A stretch of DNA of 64,000 bases. It comes from Haplodiscus bocki (taxonomy: Eukaryota). This document shows, one piece after another, positions 37,640-48,352 of the stretch. The position numbers and the translations under genes were made by a program. The notes under the pieces were generated by a model. The model saw only the letters and a list, made by a program, of their open reading frames with translations. It was not told the DNA's origin and ran no database searches. The stretch spans positions 33,790,001 through 33,854,000 of the forward strand of contig OZ296657.1 of assembly GCA_965655095.1 (NCBI GenBank). The letters run 5' to 3'. The number at the start of each line of letters is the position of its first letter. The first letter of the stretch is position 1.

Positions 37640-38748
37640 TCGCCGCCGGAGATGGTGAAGAAATCCGAAATTTTCTTCATCGCATCAAGAAAACTGTGGA
37701 AAAAGGATGGCCAGACGATATGGAAGGAATTGCCCCAGCAGACCGTGGCGCTGAAAGAGCAGCTCAAGGACGACAAAGAAGACAGAGATACATCGACTAC
37801 TCTCTAGAAGGACTCAGACCGAGATATCTACAACGAAAAGCACAGGAGTATCTAATGGAAAACCCGAATGCTACATGGAATGACTTCTCAACGCGAATAA
37901 TTCAGAGGGATGTGTCCTTCCAAGTCTCTTCTAACTTTTTAAACGATGAAGAACAAACCAAAGCTCAGATGGCCACTCTGGGCCAAGAGATGAAGAATCT
38001 ACGATCAGAATCACAAGAACACCGAGTCAACGCCGTAGAGGGAAGCTCTCGAACAGTAGATCCAAATCAAAAAGGAAGACAGAATGCTACACGTTTTTGC
38101 AACTATTGCCGCACAAACGGACATACTCCAAGTTGGTGCCGCAAGAAGATACGGGACGAAGAACTGAAACGAATTGAAAACGAAAGAACTGCCGAGAAGA
38201 CAGTCACCTTTACCCAAGACTACAACAAAAAACGAGGACCAGATCATGGATCGCAACAATGGACTAGAGGTCAGGATTTCCAAGGGAGAAATAACAATTA
38301 TAATAACGACGGATTTAGAAGTTCCCCAAATAATTATCAAAATTTCTCTCCAAGACCAAACTCCGCATATGGGAATAACCGCCCAAACAATGGAGGATCA
38401 CTTGATCAACTACCAAATCAATCATTCAATGGAAACGATGGAAATAGATCCCGAAATGGATCCTTCAACAATCAGAATGGAAGCTGGCGGAACAATGGGA
38501 ACTTTTTCCGTTCTCCATCAAATCCAAGAAGAGATCTCTCACAAAACAATTCCTATCGCCCACCAGGAAATGAACAACCCAACAACTTTGCGTTTCGCAG
38601 ATCTGACAATCGACCTACAGCACACTTTACACCCTATGAACAGAAATTTCCGCAGAACAATAATCAGACATCATCTAATGTGGTTCGTTTCACCACAACC
38701 GATGATACCATAAACGAATTATCGGATCTTTGCCCGTTAAACTACTAA
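37640..38748 (+). CDS. gag: gag (apparently N-terminally truncated) with CCHC zinc knuckle and N/Q/R-rich tail
   Basis: CNYCRTNGHTPSWC (CX2CX4HX4C) at ~38098-38139. The open frame starts without an ATG at GDGEEIRNFLHRIKK. Confidence 0.85.
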
Positions 38749-38794
38749 GGTCTCCGAACTTGAACACTGACACATCTCGGAATTCAAGACTTAG
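38736..38794 (+). promoter_or_regulatory. Putative -1 ribosomal frameshift signal (G TTA AAC plus downstream stem)
   Basis: Heptamer is in gag phase, one codon before the TAA; pol lies in the -1 frame. Complementary pairs tccga/tcgga, cttgaa/ttcaag and ctaag/cttag follow. Confidence 0.7.
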
Positions 38795-39614
38795 CCTCAA
38801 CATCTTCTACTTCGCCACCGGAGACACTCAAAAAGATACTGGTTTAGAGATCGAATTCATGTTAGACACAGGAGCTTCTTGCTCAATCATCAATTACCGA
38901 ACATTTTGGGAAATTTGCCAATTACAGCACCCAATAACTATACAGAAAAGTACCAAAGTGACAAAGACTTACTCCGGACAAACAGTTCCAATGATCGGCT
39001 ATGCGACTATCACTTTTAGTTATGACCCAGATGGACAATTTATATTCCCACTAACAGTGTGGATCACTGATATGAGGACTCAGAATCTCCTTGGCATGGA
39101 CTTCTGCCAAAAACAGGTTTCTGGAATCCATTTTGATCTACCTGGGATCGAGATAAGGAACCCTCCTAAGTCAATCTGTTATGGCAGTTTCCACCAAAAC
39201 AAATCTTGTCCTCATTTATCACAAATCTTGACTATTAGAACCCTTCATACGATGCTTATTGATGCTAAGAGTGCCCGTTGCTGGAAATATTCGCCTACAG
39301 ACACTCATATACACTTCCCACCAAGCTCTACGTTTCAACCAAAACGAACTGCTGTGGCTACTGACCTGTTTTTCATAAATACTCTATGCACTCGATCTGA
39401 ATGTAACCTTCCAATATTGATGGAAAACAACAAAAATCACCAGATAACGCTACCAAAGGGACGTATCGGATTCTCTTCTTTTGACGTGGTTGATCGAGAC
39501 GAACCGAAATGCCAAATACGAAGTCCCTATGAGTTAACAAACGCTATAATCTCTACCGATGAACGATACAATGATTGTTTTCTCTTGCATTCAACGGTTC
39601 AAGCTCAGATTAGT

Positions 39615-40060
39615 GACGACTTTCTACAGATCACCTATGGTACAGAAGATTCAATTTTCCAACAACCTAATTCAATTGGACATTGCATATCCGCGGACGC
39701 CCGAATGGGTAAAAGTTTCGCTGATTTTCTTTCCCACAGAATCCCTGGTCTTAGATCAACCTGCCGAAAAGCAAAGCTTTTCATGCGACAAGTCTTCCCT
39801 TTTTGGGATTCAACAGGACAACGCTATATCTACAACTTGGTGACTAAAGGGAGGTTTTGTGATAAACCCAATTTACCAACACTGTCTAAAACATTAGAAG
39901 CAATGAAAATTCATGCAGGTACAAACGGTGTTTCTACTATCGCAATACCCAAACTTGGTTGTGTCCTAGATCAAACGAATTGGCAAGTGGTTGTAAAACT
40001 ACTTCGAGATATCTTCGCCTATGCTGACATATAAAATTGTAGACTATACTCTCGAAGAAA
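39615..40060 (+). other. TARG1/OARD1 (Poa1p-like) macrodomain within Pol
   Basis: SIGHCISADARMGK, YIYNLVTKGRFCDKP and IAIPKLGCVLDQTNWQVV are the hallmark motifs of the TARG1/DarG-like macrodomain class. Confidence 0.9.
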
Positions 40061-43000
40061 ATGGAGTTCACGCACTGTCCGCCAAAGGCGACGCTGAGTT
40101 CTATGCCGACGATGAGATAGAACGATACAGTGAAGAATTTCTCCTAGAGAACCGTGAGCTAGAAACAGACTTTACTAAAGATTCTAAATCCTGTCAACCA
40201 ACCTGTGACGAGCAATTTCCAGTTCTCCGTGAGAAGGTTCACAACAACCGACTCATTGATCATTATCTTCAATATCAGCCAAAAGAACTCAAAAACTACG
40301 TTAAAGAATTCGACTTCCAGTATTCAGACATCACTGACGAAGAAATGGTACTTTTGATTGACATGATAGTTGACGACGCGATGTTTATTCTCAACATAAA
40401 TTCGATGTGGGCAAAACCCGTCAGAACTTTCATGCCACACTGAAACCCAATGTTGAACTGAAACGAGAATGACCTATCAATGTTCCCCTACACCTGAAGG
40501 AAAAGCTAGAAAAACTCCTCACACAACTAAAAGACGCAGATATCATTCGCGAAATGGGTGACAACAACGAGATGGGATCATTATTTGTGAATCCGATCAT
40601 CCTAATGCCTAAAAACGATTATGTGAAATTAGTGATTGACGCGAGATACCTTAATTCAGTGACTGATCTTATAAACTACTCCTGGCCCTTAGAACCAGTG
40701 CAGATGATTATGACCAGGGTCAATGGCAAAAAATTCTCAGTAAGCGACCTTTCGTTTGCCTATCATCAAGTTCCATTGAGCCCAGAAACACAAAAGTTAA
40801 CTAGTTTCATCATTGGTGGAAAACAGTACACCTACACATGTGGATTTTATGGCTTGTGCGGACTCCCAAACTTCTTCAGCCGATTAATGACAATACGTTT
40901 TGACCCACTTATCAAGAAAGAGCAAGCAATCACCTACATTGATGATACAATAATGCAATCACAGAACAAGAACGAAATGTTCACAGTTATCAACGAGTAC
41001 CATACCCTTCTTCGGAAGGCAGGTCTTAAGGCAGCACCCGACAAAACGTTCTTCTTCTTAAAGAAAGTTTAATTTCTTGGCCATGTTATATCCTCAAAAG
41101 GAATCCAACCCATTGCGAAACGAGTAAAGGATTTAAAGGATCTTAAATCACCTGAAAGTAAACGAGACGTCATGAAAGTTCTTGGATGCCTTGGATTCTA
41201 CAGTTGCTATATTAAAAACCTCCATGTGGATAGTCAGCCCTTTTATGACTTAATTAGGGATTCGACCCCTTTCCACTGGACACACGAACACGAAAAATTG
41301 TTCCAAACGATCAAGGACAGAATTAGCGAAGACACGATCCTTGCTGTACCCTCCAATGATTATCCCTTTCACATTCACGTAGATTCATCGAATGTTGGAA
41401 CGGGCTGTATCCTAATCCAACAGTTTCCTGAGGGAAAACGAATAATCTCCTTCAACTCAAGAATTTTCGACAAAGCTAAACAGAAAATGTCTACTCTTCA
41501 TCGAGAACTTTGTGGAAAAGTCTCAGCCTTACAAACCTATGAACACTATATTATTGGATCTCCTTTTCCCATATATCTATATTGTGACCATAAACCATTC
41601 CTGTACTTATGGAGACGTAAAGGACAACTATCCCATCGGTTCTTCAGGTACCAAGTCATCATAACGAAATTCCAAAATCTCAAGATTATCTGGACCCCAG
41701 GATCAAATCATGTTTTCCCTGATATCTTAAGCCGAAACGTAACAGTCGAAGAATACCAGAAACATCAGCTACAACTTAAGAAAATACCTAGGGACATAGA
41801 ATTCTATGACGAACATGGCTCTCCAGCAACATATCGAATTCAACAGGATGATAATCCTAACGACACTTGCAATGACTTCTACCCAATCCATTGCCAACAA
41901 GGAATTGATAGCAAGGTACTCCGCTTGCATAATGATGGTGAAACTTTTACACTAAATAGTCTGATTAACGAGTTTCCTTCAACACCAATACAATCTGCAG
42001 CCGATTGTTTCCGATTAGGCAGAACATTCAATCAATTCCGACGTTTGCGTCTACCCTCAACTCAATCTTTGAACTCGGTAGAAGCCTCTGAACCTACTTA
42101 TAGTTCGATAAATTCATTGAACACTAGCGAAGATGATAATACATTCGAAGAGACCTATGATAACGAAGGCGATGCCGCCGCTGTTGACGATGAGGACAAC
42201 CTAATATGTGAAATGAACACACACGCCGACCACTACAGATTGTGCAAAGCCAAAGCAGCTCACGATGCTGTCTCAGGAAAATTAAACGCTTCCTTAGTTA
42301 AGAAACCACTAACAGTTAATGATGCACCGCATTTGGAAACTAAACCTTTAATTGCTAAACTAGATGATGTTGCTAAAACAGTTGATCTTGACGTATCCAC
42401 GATCCTGGCAGAATAAATTAAAGACCCAGTGCTTGGAACAGTTAGGTCATGGATCCGAAAAGGAATTTCACCCGAACCTAAAACTCCTGAGATTCAACAA
42501 ACAAAGGGACTCTTGAGATAATGTCAAGATTTCGATCGACTCTTAATTGAGGAAGAAGGACAACTCTTATGCTACAACGAAACTACTGACAAACTAGGCG
42601 ATGAAAACCTACGATTTTGCCTACCTTTATCCCTATTCTTAGCATGTTTCAGACTCGAACATTACAACGAAATGGGTGGAAACATGGCAGCCGCAAAGAC
42701 CTATAACAATGCAAAACGATTCTACTACTAGCCTGGCGTGTTTGATTGGATATGAGCGCTTACCGCTGATTGTCTCACTTGCCAAAAAAACAAACCGAAG
42801 CCTAAACACAGGAACGAAGTACCACTAGAAGAATGGCAAAACGAGACTGTCCCGTTCCGAACAATTCACGTAGATCACAAAGGACCACTTCACCCACCAA
42901 GTAATCGAAATCTTCATTGCCTCTTGGTCATCGATGCATTCTCTCGATTCTTAATGGTATACCCAGTTACTAACACGGGTGCTCAAGCTACTACTTCCGC

Positions 43001-44220
43001 CGTCGAGAAGTGGATTCATTCCTTCGGAATCCCTCAATCTATTGTGCATGATCGAGGTGCGGCTTTCATCAATACCGAATTCATTAACTGGACAAAAGAA
43101 TTGGGAATCACTTTACGACCTAGAACAGCACATTCACCTTGGACTAATGGCAAAATTGAAACTCAAAACCAACATATCGCCCGCTATTGCCAAAACTTCT
43201 TGAACGACGCTGAAACAATTGGTCTTCCTTGGCACCTAAATTTGCTTTTGCACACAACACAAGTGTTAACTATATAACTGGGAAAACACCTTATGAAATT
43301 GTTTTTGGTACCAAACTTCAGATCCCTATGTCTCTCAAACCTGGACTTTACCGCAACAAACACAAAATTTGCTGTTCTGATTTCTGCAAAGACCTACCAT
43401 CTCATTCACATAGTAAGAACAATTTAAAGAATCAGCTACTAGACAATGTTCTTCGACCACAACTTTCTCACGCCCTCCTGGAACGAGAACGCGATTTTCA
43501 AAAGAATCTACTCTGCTACTTTCGAAAGATGCCGCGAGCAAACAGCCAGATCACATGCCTACAGAAATCGATTCAAACCAGGACAACACTTAGAGATAGG
43601 ACAGAAGGTTCTCCATGAAAATCATCGCCAAGGCATTTCCAAGAGCCAAAAGCTTCAACAAAGACGACTCGGAACTTTCACGGTTATAAAATGAGTAACT
43701 AAAACAACCTACCAAATTCAAGATGATAAGGATCCTATGGTTCTGAAGAGCAAACTATTCTCCTCTCAGCCTTACAACAATTTACAAAATTTCCGCACTT
43801 CAAAAACACACATCCTTTAACTAGACACTTAGTCATGGAACTCATCCGTCAGTGTCAATCTTCGATCTCTGAAGATCAGGCAACAAGCCCAAAACGCAAC
43901 AAAACAAACCACGATTAAAGATATCCAATGGTTGAGGTGAGTTATTTTTACATATTGAATTTGGCACTTTTTTGGTGATACCGGTTTCATTCCGGCACCT
44001 TTTATAAAATCTCGACGTCGTTTTAACAGTAGTGGAGCTACTACTATAAAATTTTAGCCCCCACTTTGTGTTAGTGCCCACAAAGCGCCGGTTTGATATT
44101 ACGGCATTTTTTAATAGCTATTCCTCTGAAAAAATAGAGTGAACTTCCACTGGGAAACCCCGTGACGACGCTATTTTCCTTTTTTTTAATAGTTATTCCC
44201 TCTGAAGTAACATTCCAGAG

Positions 44221-46407
44221 ATGGAACGTCCGCTGCAAAGTTCAGCGACGACGCTATTTTTCTTTCAACTCCTCGTGTTTTGTTCCGAGGTTGGTTACAC
44301 TTTAGTTCCAGATGCAGACCAGGTTGCCCCAGCTCCTAAAGTGTCTCACTTCGACTGCAGCTCAATGACAGAAAACTCCCTTTATGCAATCAATCAAGTA
44401 CGGCCGTGTCACATTACACCAGAAGAACTGGAAGTCAGCAAAGCCACAATTACACTTTACACCAAACACTTTCGGAAAGAACTTAATGCAACAAAATGCC
44501 GAATACAACACCAACGCGAGAAGTGGCACTGCGTACATAACGACCATAGTAGCATTGACCACACTATTGCTGGAATAACCAGTGATTTGATTATCTCACC
44601 AGAACATTGCCGAACTCTTGCAAAAGGAGCCAATATCAATTTACAAGGCGACTGGATTGGCGCTGAATGGGACACAAAGACTCCTGTTGTTAAAGTTTCT
44701 GGTGATCCGTCAGGCTCAAATAGAAATCATTGCAAAACGAGAGGCTGGATTTCAAGGGATACCTTCATCATCCACATGCAGAAGACAACTCTAAAAGTCA
44801 CGATGGAAAAAGGAAAAGTGTTATGTGATATGGGATTGATTTTACCTTGCGCTTTAGAAGAACTTGGTTGCGAAACAACTTCACTCGACCCATATGCCTA
44901 CACCTGGGACTACCCTGACAATTGGTTGCTTTCCGTCCTCCGAACAGAAGAAGTCAACATGGTTAAACAAGACACAAAAGACTACGTCATTAGCGGGAAG
45001 GACTCTACGTCCAAATTTGTGTTTGAAGTTAAACATAATCCACAAAAACATTGCGGGAAGCCTACACCTATTTATCCGACAAATTAAGACTCTTTGTATA
45101 TGGCCCGACTTAGTGAAGGTTTCGACAAGAACACTGGAAGAAACCTTGACCGTGAGAAGAACGGCGCAACTAAAATTCTTCAGTAATTCGGACCGAGAGC
45201 GAAAAATGACTTTGGTCAACTCTATGCGCATAACCCTCAATTGGAAGGCACTCAGTTACAACAAGCAGACAACCCGAATAGCTACTTGAACATGGATTAC
45301 GAAATGCACCTCGGAACCAAGATAGACTATCTGTTCTTCCAAAGTTCGAGACTCCTCCAAGCGACTGAAATACAGCTACTACAGAACCAATGTGAACAAG
45401 AGCGCACCCAGATTTTCACTAATCTGATGCTCGCTCTCGACAACCCACGGTTACCAGGCTATATGCTAACAGGGAATAGATCTATGTTCCTAGAAACAGA
45501 CGGCAGCCTTGCCTGGCTCTATCATTGTCCGAAGGTCCACTCCCCACTCCATACGATGAATCAGTACTATGATAAGATACCCATACTCTACGAAGGTGAA
45601 ATTCGCCTCGTCGACCCAATTACACGACAAACTTATCCTGACGCTGTTCCACAGAACTGCTCAGATCGGATCCAGAACCTCTTCCAACTTGATATGGATC
45701 AAGAAGATTCCTGGTACACACTCACGCCTGGCATAGTACACCAGGACAGATCCGCTATCTTTGGACCTAAGAAGATAACACCGATGTCTGCGCAGTCTCT
45801 CACTGGATCACAGGATGCCGGCATGTATACAAGAAACGAACTTCGCGGATTCTGGGACAATATTCTCATTAATGCAGCTTCAAGAACCGCGCTAAAAAAG
45901 TTTTCCCAGAACCTGATTATTTACTCTACTTCTCCGGAAGGATCTGACGGATTCCACTATTACACTCCCAGAATTGAATTTTATGTGGACAAAATGATAT
46001 CCCGGAATGCTTCAAAGACCGGTTCATGGACACGTTTGGACCTGTTGCATATGTACTTGAACACTGCGGGATTTATTTCTCTGTGTTTTTATTTTTCAAA
46101 CTCATAATAGACGTTGTGGTTATGGTAATACGCCACTTACAAATCTCTAGAATGACCGGTGCATCGCTTGGGTTCGGTAAGACCCTTCTAAGCGCCTCAT
46201 ATAACATCTTCCTCATGTCAGTGTTAACTTCAATGTATGATCCACGCACGCCTACACTCGCCGCGGTAGAAGAAGAAAGAAAAACTCTCTGTAACGGAGA
46301 AGAGTTACATGATATGAGAGACACTCCTACGAAAAAGGAGGAGCATATTTATCCTGTCATGAACCGGCTCAATTTAACCAAGCCGTGACACCAATTTCCC
46401 CCGTTTA
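44221..46407 (+). pseudogene. env: env-like glycoprotein, chuvirus-G-like / class III fusogen
   Basis: Signal peptide MERPLQSSATTLFFFQLLVFCS. Cys pattern HFDC..RPC..TKCRI..WHC(V)HNDHSS, then heptad LQATEIQLLQNQCEQER. C-terminal TM CGIYFSVFLFFKLIIDVVVMVI. Two stops (45085, 45184) and frameshifts near the 3' end. Confidence 0.8.
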
Positions 46408-46456
46408 ATTTTGTCTTACTTTTTTTAGGCCAAATTACACTCAATCCTTCCACCTT

Positions 46457-47052
46457 GTGACGATTCTCTTTCAGTCATCTCCGACCCAGAAGAAGATTTC
46501 CGACCCTTTACGCCCTCAGGCTTGGACCATCCTACTAACTCTGGCATCACTTTCCTATCTCCTATCTCTTCTCACTCACAGATACCCTCTAACCCAGCTT
46601 AGCCTGATGAGCCGCAATCTCTAACCTTGCTATCGACTAGTCAGCCCCCACCTATACACCAAGACGACGCCCCTCCTACATTAATTGGCTCACAAATCCC
46701 AATTTCTTCACCTGAAGCTAGTCCTTCCGAAGACAACCAAGAACTTCCCCCACTTAGTTCCTTTCTCTCTGACGTTCGGCCCCTTCTCTCCAGGCCTAAT
46801 CAACTCAAACTTCAACCTGATCAATCTGTTCTTGGACGCCAACACCGTCGTGAATATTACACAAATCATGCCCGCAGAACAAAACGACCCCGCTTTAATC
46901 AACAATTACAATATTGCCTCAAACCAGAGTTCTGCAAGTGGGAAAAAATATTTTGGGATGGCAAGCGTCAAGAATATACAATTCAGAGCACATCTCTCCC
47001 GTCTCAACGCCTGGTAGTACCGCCACAGGCAATCACAGCACTTCCTCACTGA
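46457..47052 (+). pseudogene. Accessory ORF of unknown function (Pro/Ser-rich, basic NLS-like RRTKRPR)
   Basis: Frame of ORF 46627-47052 extends upstream through one stop. Its TGA overlaps the next ATG (TGATG 47050-47054). Confidence 0.5.
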
Positions 47053-48314
47053 TGTCGCTAAATCCTCTTGCACCCGTTTTCCTTCCTCCTCCTCAACCTT
47101 CCTCTGACCCACCTATTTTGTTGTGCAACCCTCCTACAATGGGTATTCCCTTGGCTCAATTAGTTTGCGGAATGCTCCCACAAACTCTTCCCTCTCATGC
47201 TCCTTCTACCAACCAGCACATTGTTGACAACACTCTCCTCTTACCTCTTCTCCAGCCGACAACTCAGTTTTAGCCGGACGCAGCAGTTCCCCCGCCAGCC
47301 CCTGGAACCACTTGAATACAGAACAAATAGACAGGCAAACATTACGACTCATTCTACTCCAATTACAAAATGATTTTGCCTTACTGCGATATTTACTCTT
47401 CTCTAACAAGGAGTTCGCCGCTAGACGCTCTGCTGCCAGTCCTTTACCTAACCCTAAGCCTAACCCTACTTCCACTTCTTCTGCTCTTCCACATTGAGGC
47501 CCTCGTGACCCCACACTTCATCGTCTTACCCCGGTGGGCGCTGTGGGAACAGCCAAAACAAGAACAAACGATACTACACACACCAATTCTCAGCCGACAC
47601 CCAACTCGCACGAAGCCCCTTCGATCAAATTGCAGAACCTTACATCAAGATTCTCCAAATTAGAAAAGTTGTTTGCCAATGAAGTATCAAGTTACACATC
47701 CATCACTGCGGGAATCCACTCCCAATACTTTTTCCTATACGATAAACTTCGCCAGCTCGAACCTGGACATTCAGATGTCATTATTTGGAAAATCCCAAAT
47801 CCCCTCAGTGAAGTTTGTATTTGACTCCGCAAAAGTGGCCCGACCATCATCAGATCCCCTCATCGAACCAGCTACAAGTTTCAGCAGCCCCATTTTCAGG
47901 ACTCACCCCCATGGCTATAACTTCTTCATCAAACTCTACCCGTATGGTATTGGACCCGCTACGGGTAAGTGCGCTTCGATCCTATTCACACTTTTCCCAG
48001 GAGACTATGACAATCTTCTCCAATGGCCCTTCACAAACATCATCCATATTGGTATTCGAGACCAGCTGGACCCAATGAACACCTGGATGAAGACAATCAA
48101 ACCCGATCAAGACCCAGCTTACAAGAAGCCTACAATGACAACAAAAACTGGAGTTGCAACAAGCCTAATTAATAACTTTATTCCCCACTCCAAACTGTTT
48201 AGGGAAACTGAAGGTTCTCTAATTGATGGTGCGTTCTTTATTGAGATTAAATTTTCTGACCCGCTTGTGCTGGAACCTCACACGCAAACTTCCCTCCTTT
48301 TCCCTTTTCCGTAG
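47052..48314 (+). pseudogene. Accessory ORF: PAM2-like motif + Pro-rich + coiled coil + TRAF-type MATH domain (no RING)
   Basis: VIIWKIP..SFSSPIFRTHPHGYNFFIKLYPYGIG..SILFTLFPGDYDNLLQWPF..IRDQ..AYKKP..NFIPHSKL..FFIEI is TRAF-C. Removing a 7-bp duplication (aaatccc 47790-47803) restores the frame. Confidence 0.88.
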
Positions 48315-48340
48315 AGCCCCTCACTCATTTTCACTTCCCT

Positions 48341-48352
48341 TTGAGCGGGGTG
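48341..48352 (+). promoter_or_regulatory. Short polypurine-tract-like site before the second LTR
   Basis: ttgagcggggtg immediately precedes agttatcgcg, where LTR homology begins. Confidence 0.5.

Larger units (their letters stand above)
38730..43740 (+). pseudogene. pol: pol: aspartic protease - macrodomain - RT - RNase H - insert - integrase (few stops and frameshifts)
   Basis: LDTGAS (38862); YIDD (40935-40946); RNase H HVDSS/ELC/CDHKP/DILSR; integrase CLTC zinc site and VDHKG, IDAFSR, HDRG, NGKIE. Confidence 0.93.

Noticed and set aside
38174-38713. 179-aa overlapping ORF in gag (also 50166-50705)
   Set aside because: Shadow frame of the low-complexity Asn-rich gag tail; no independent motif.
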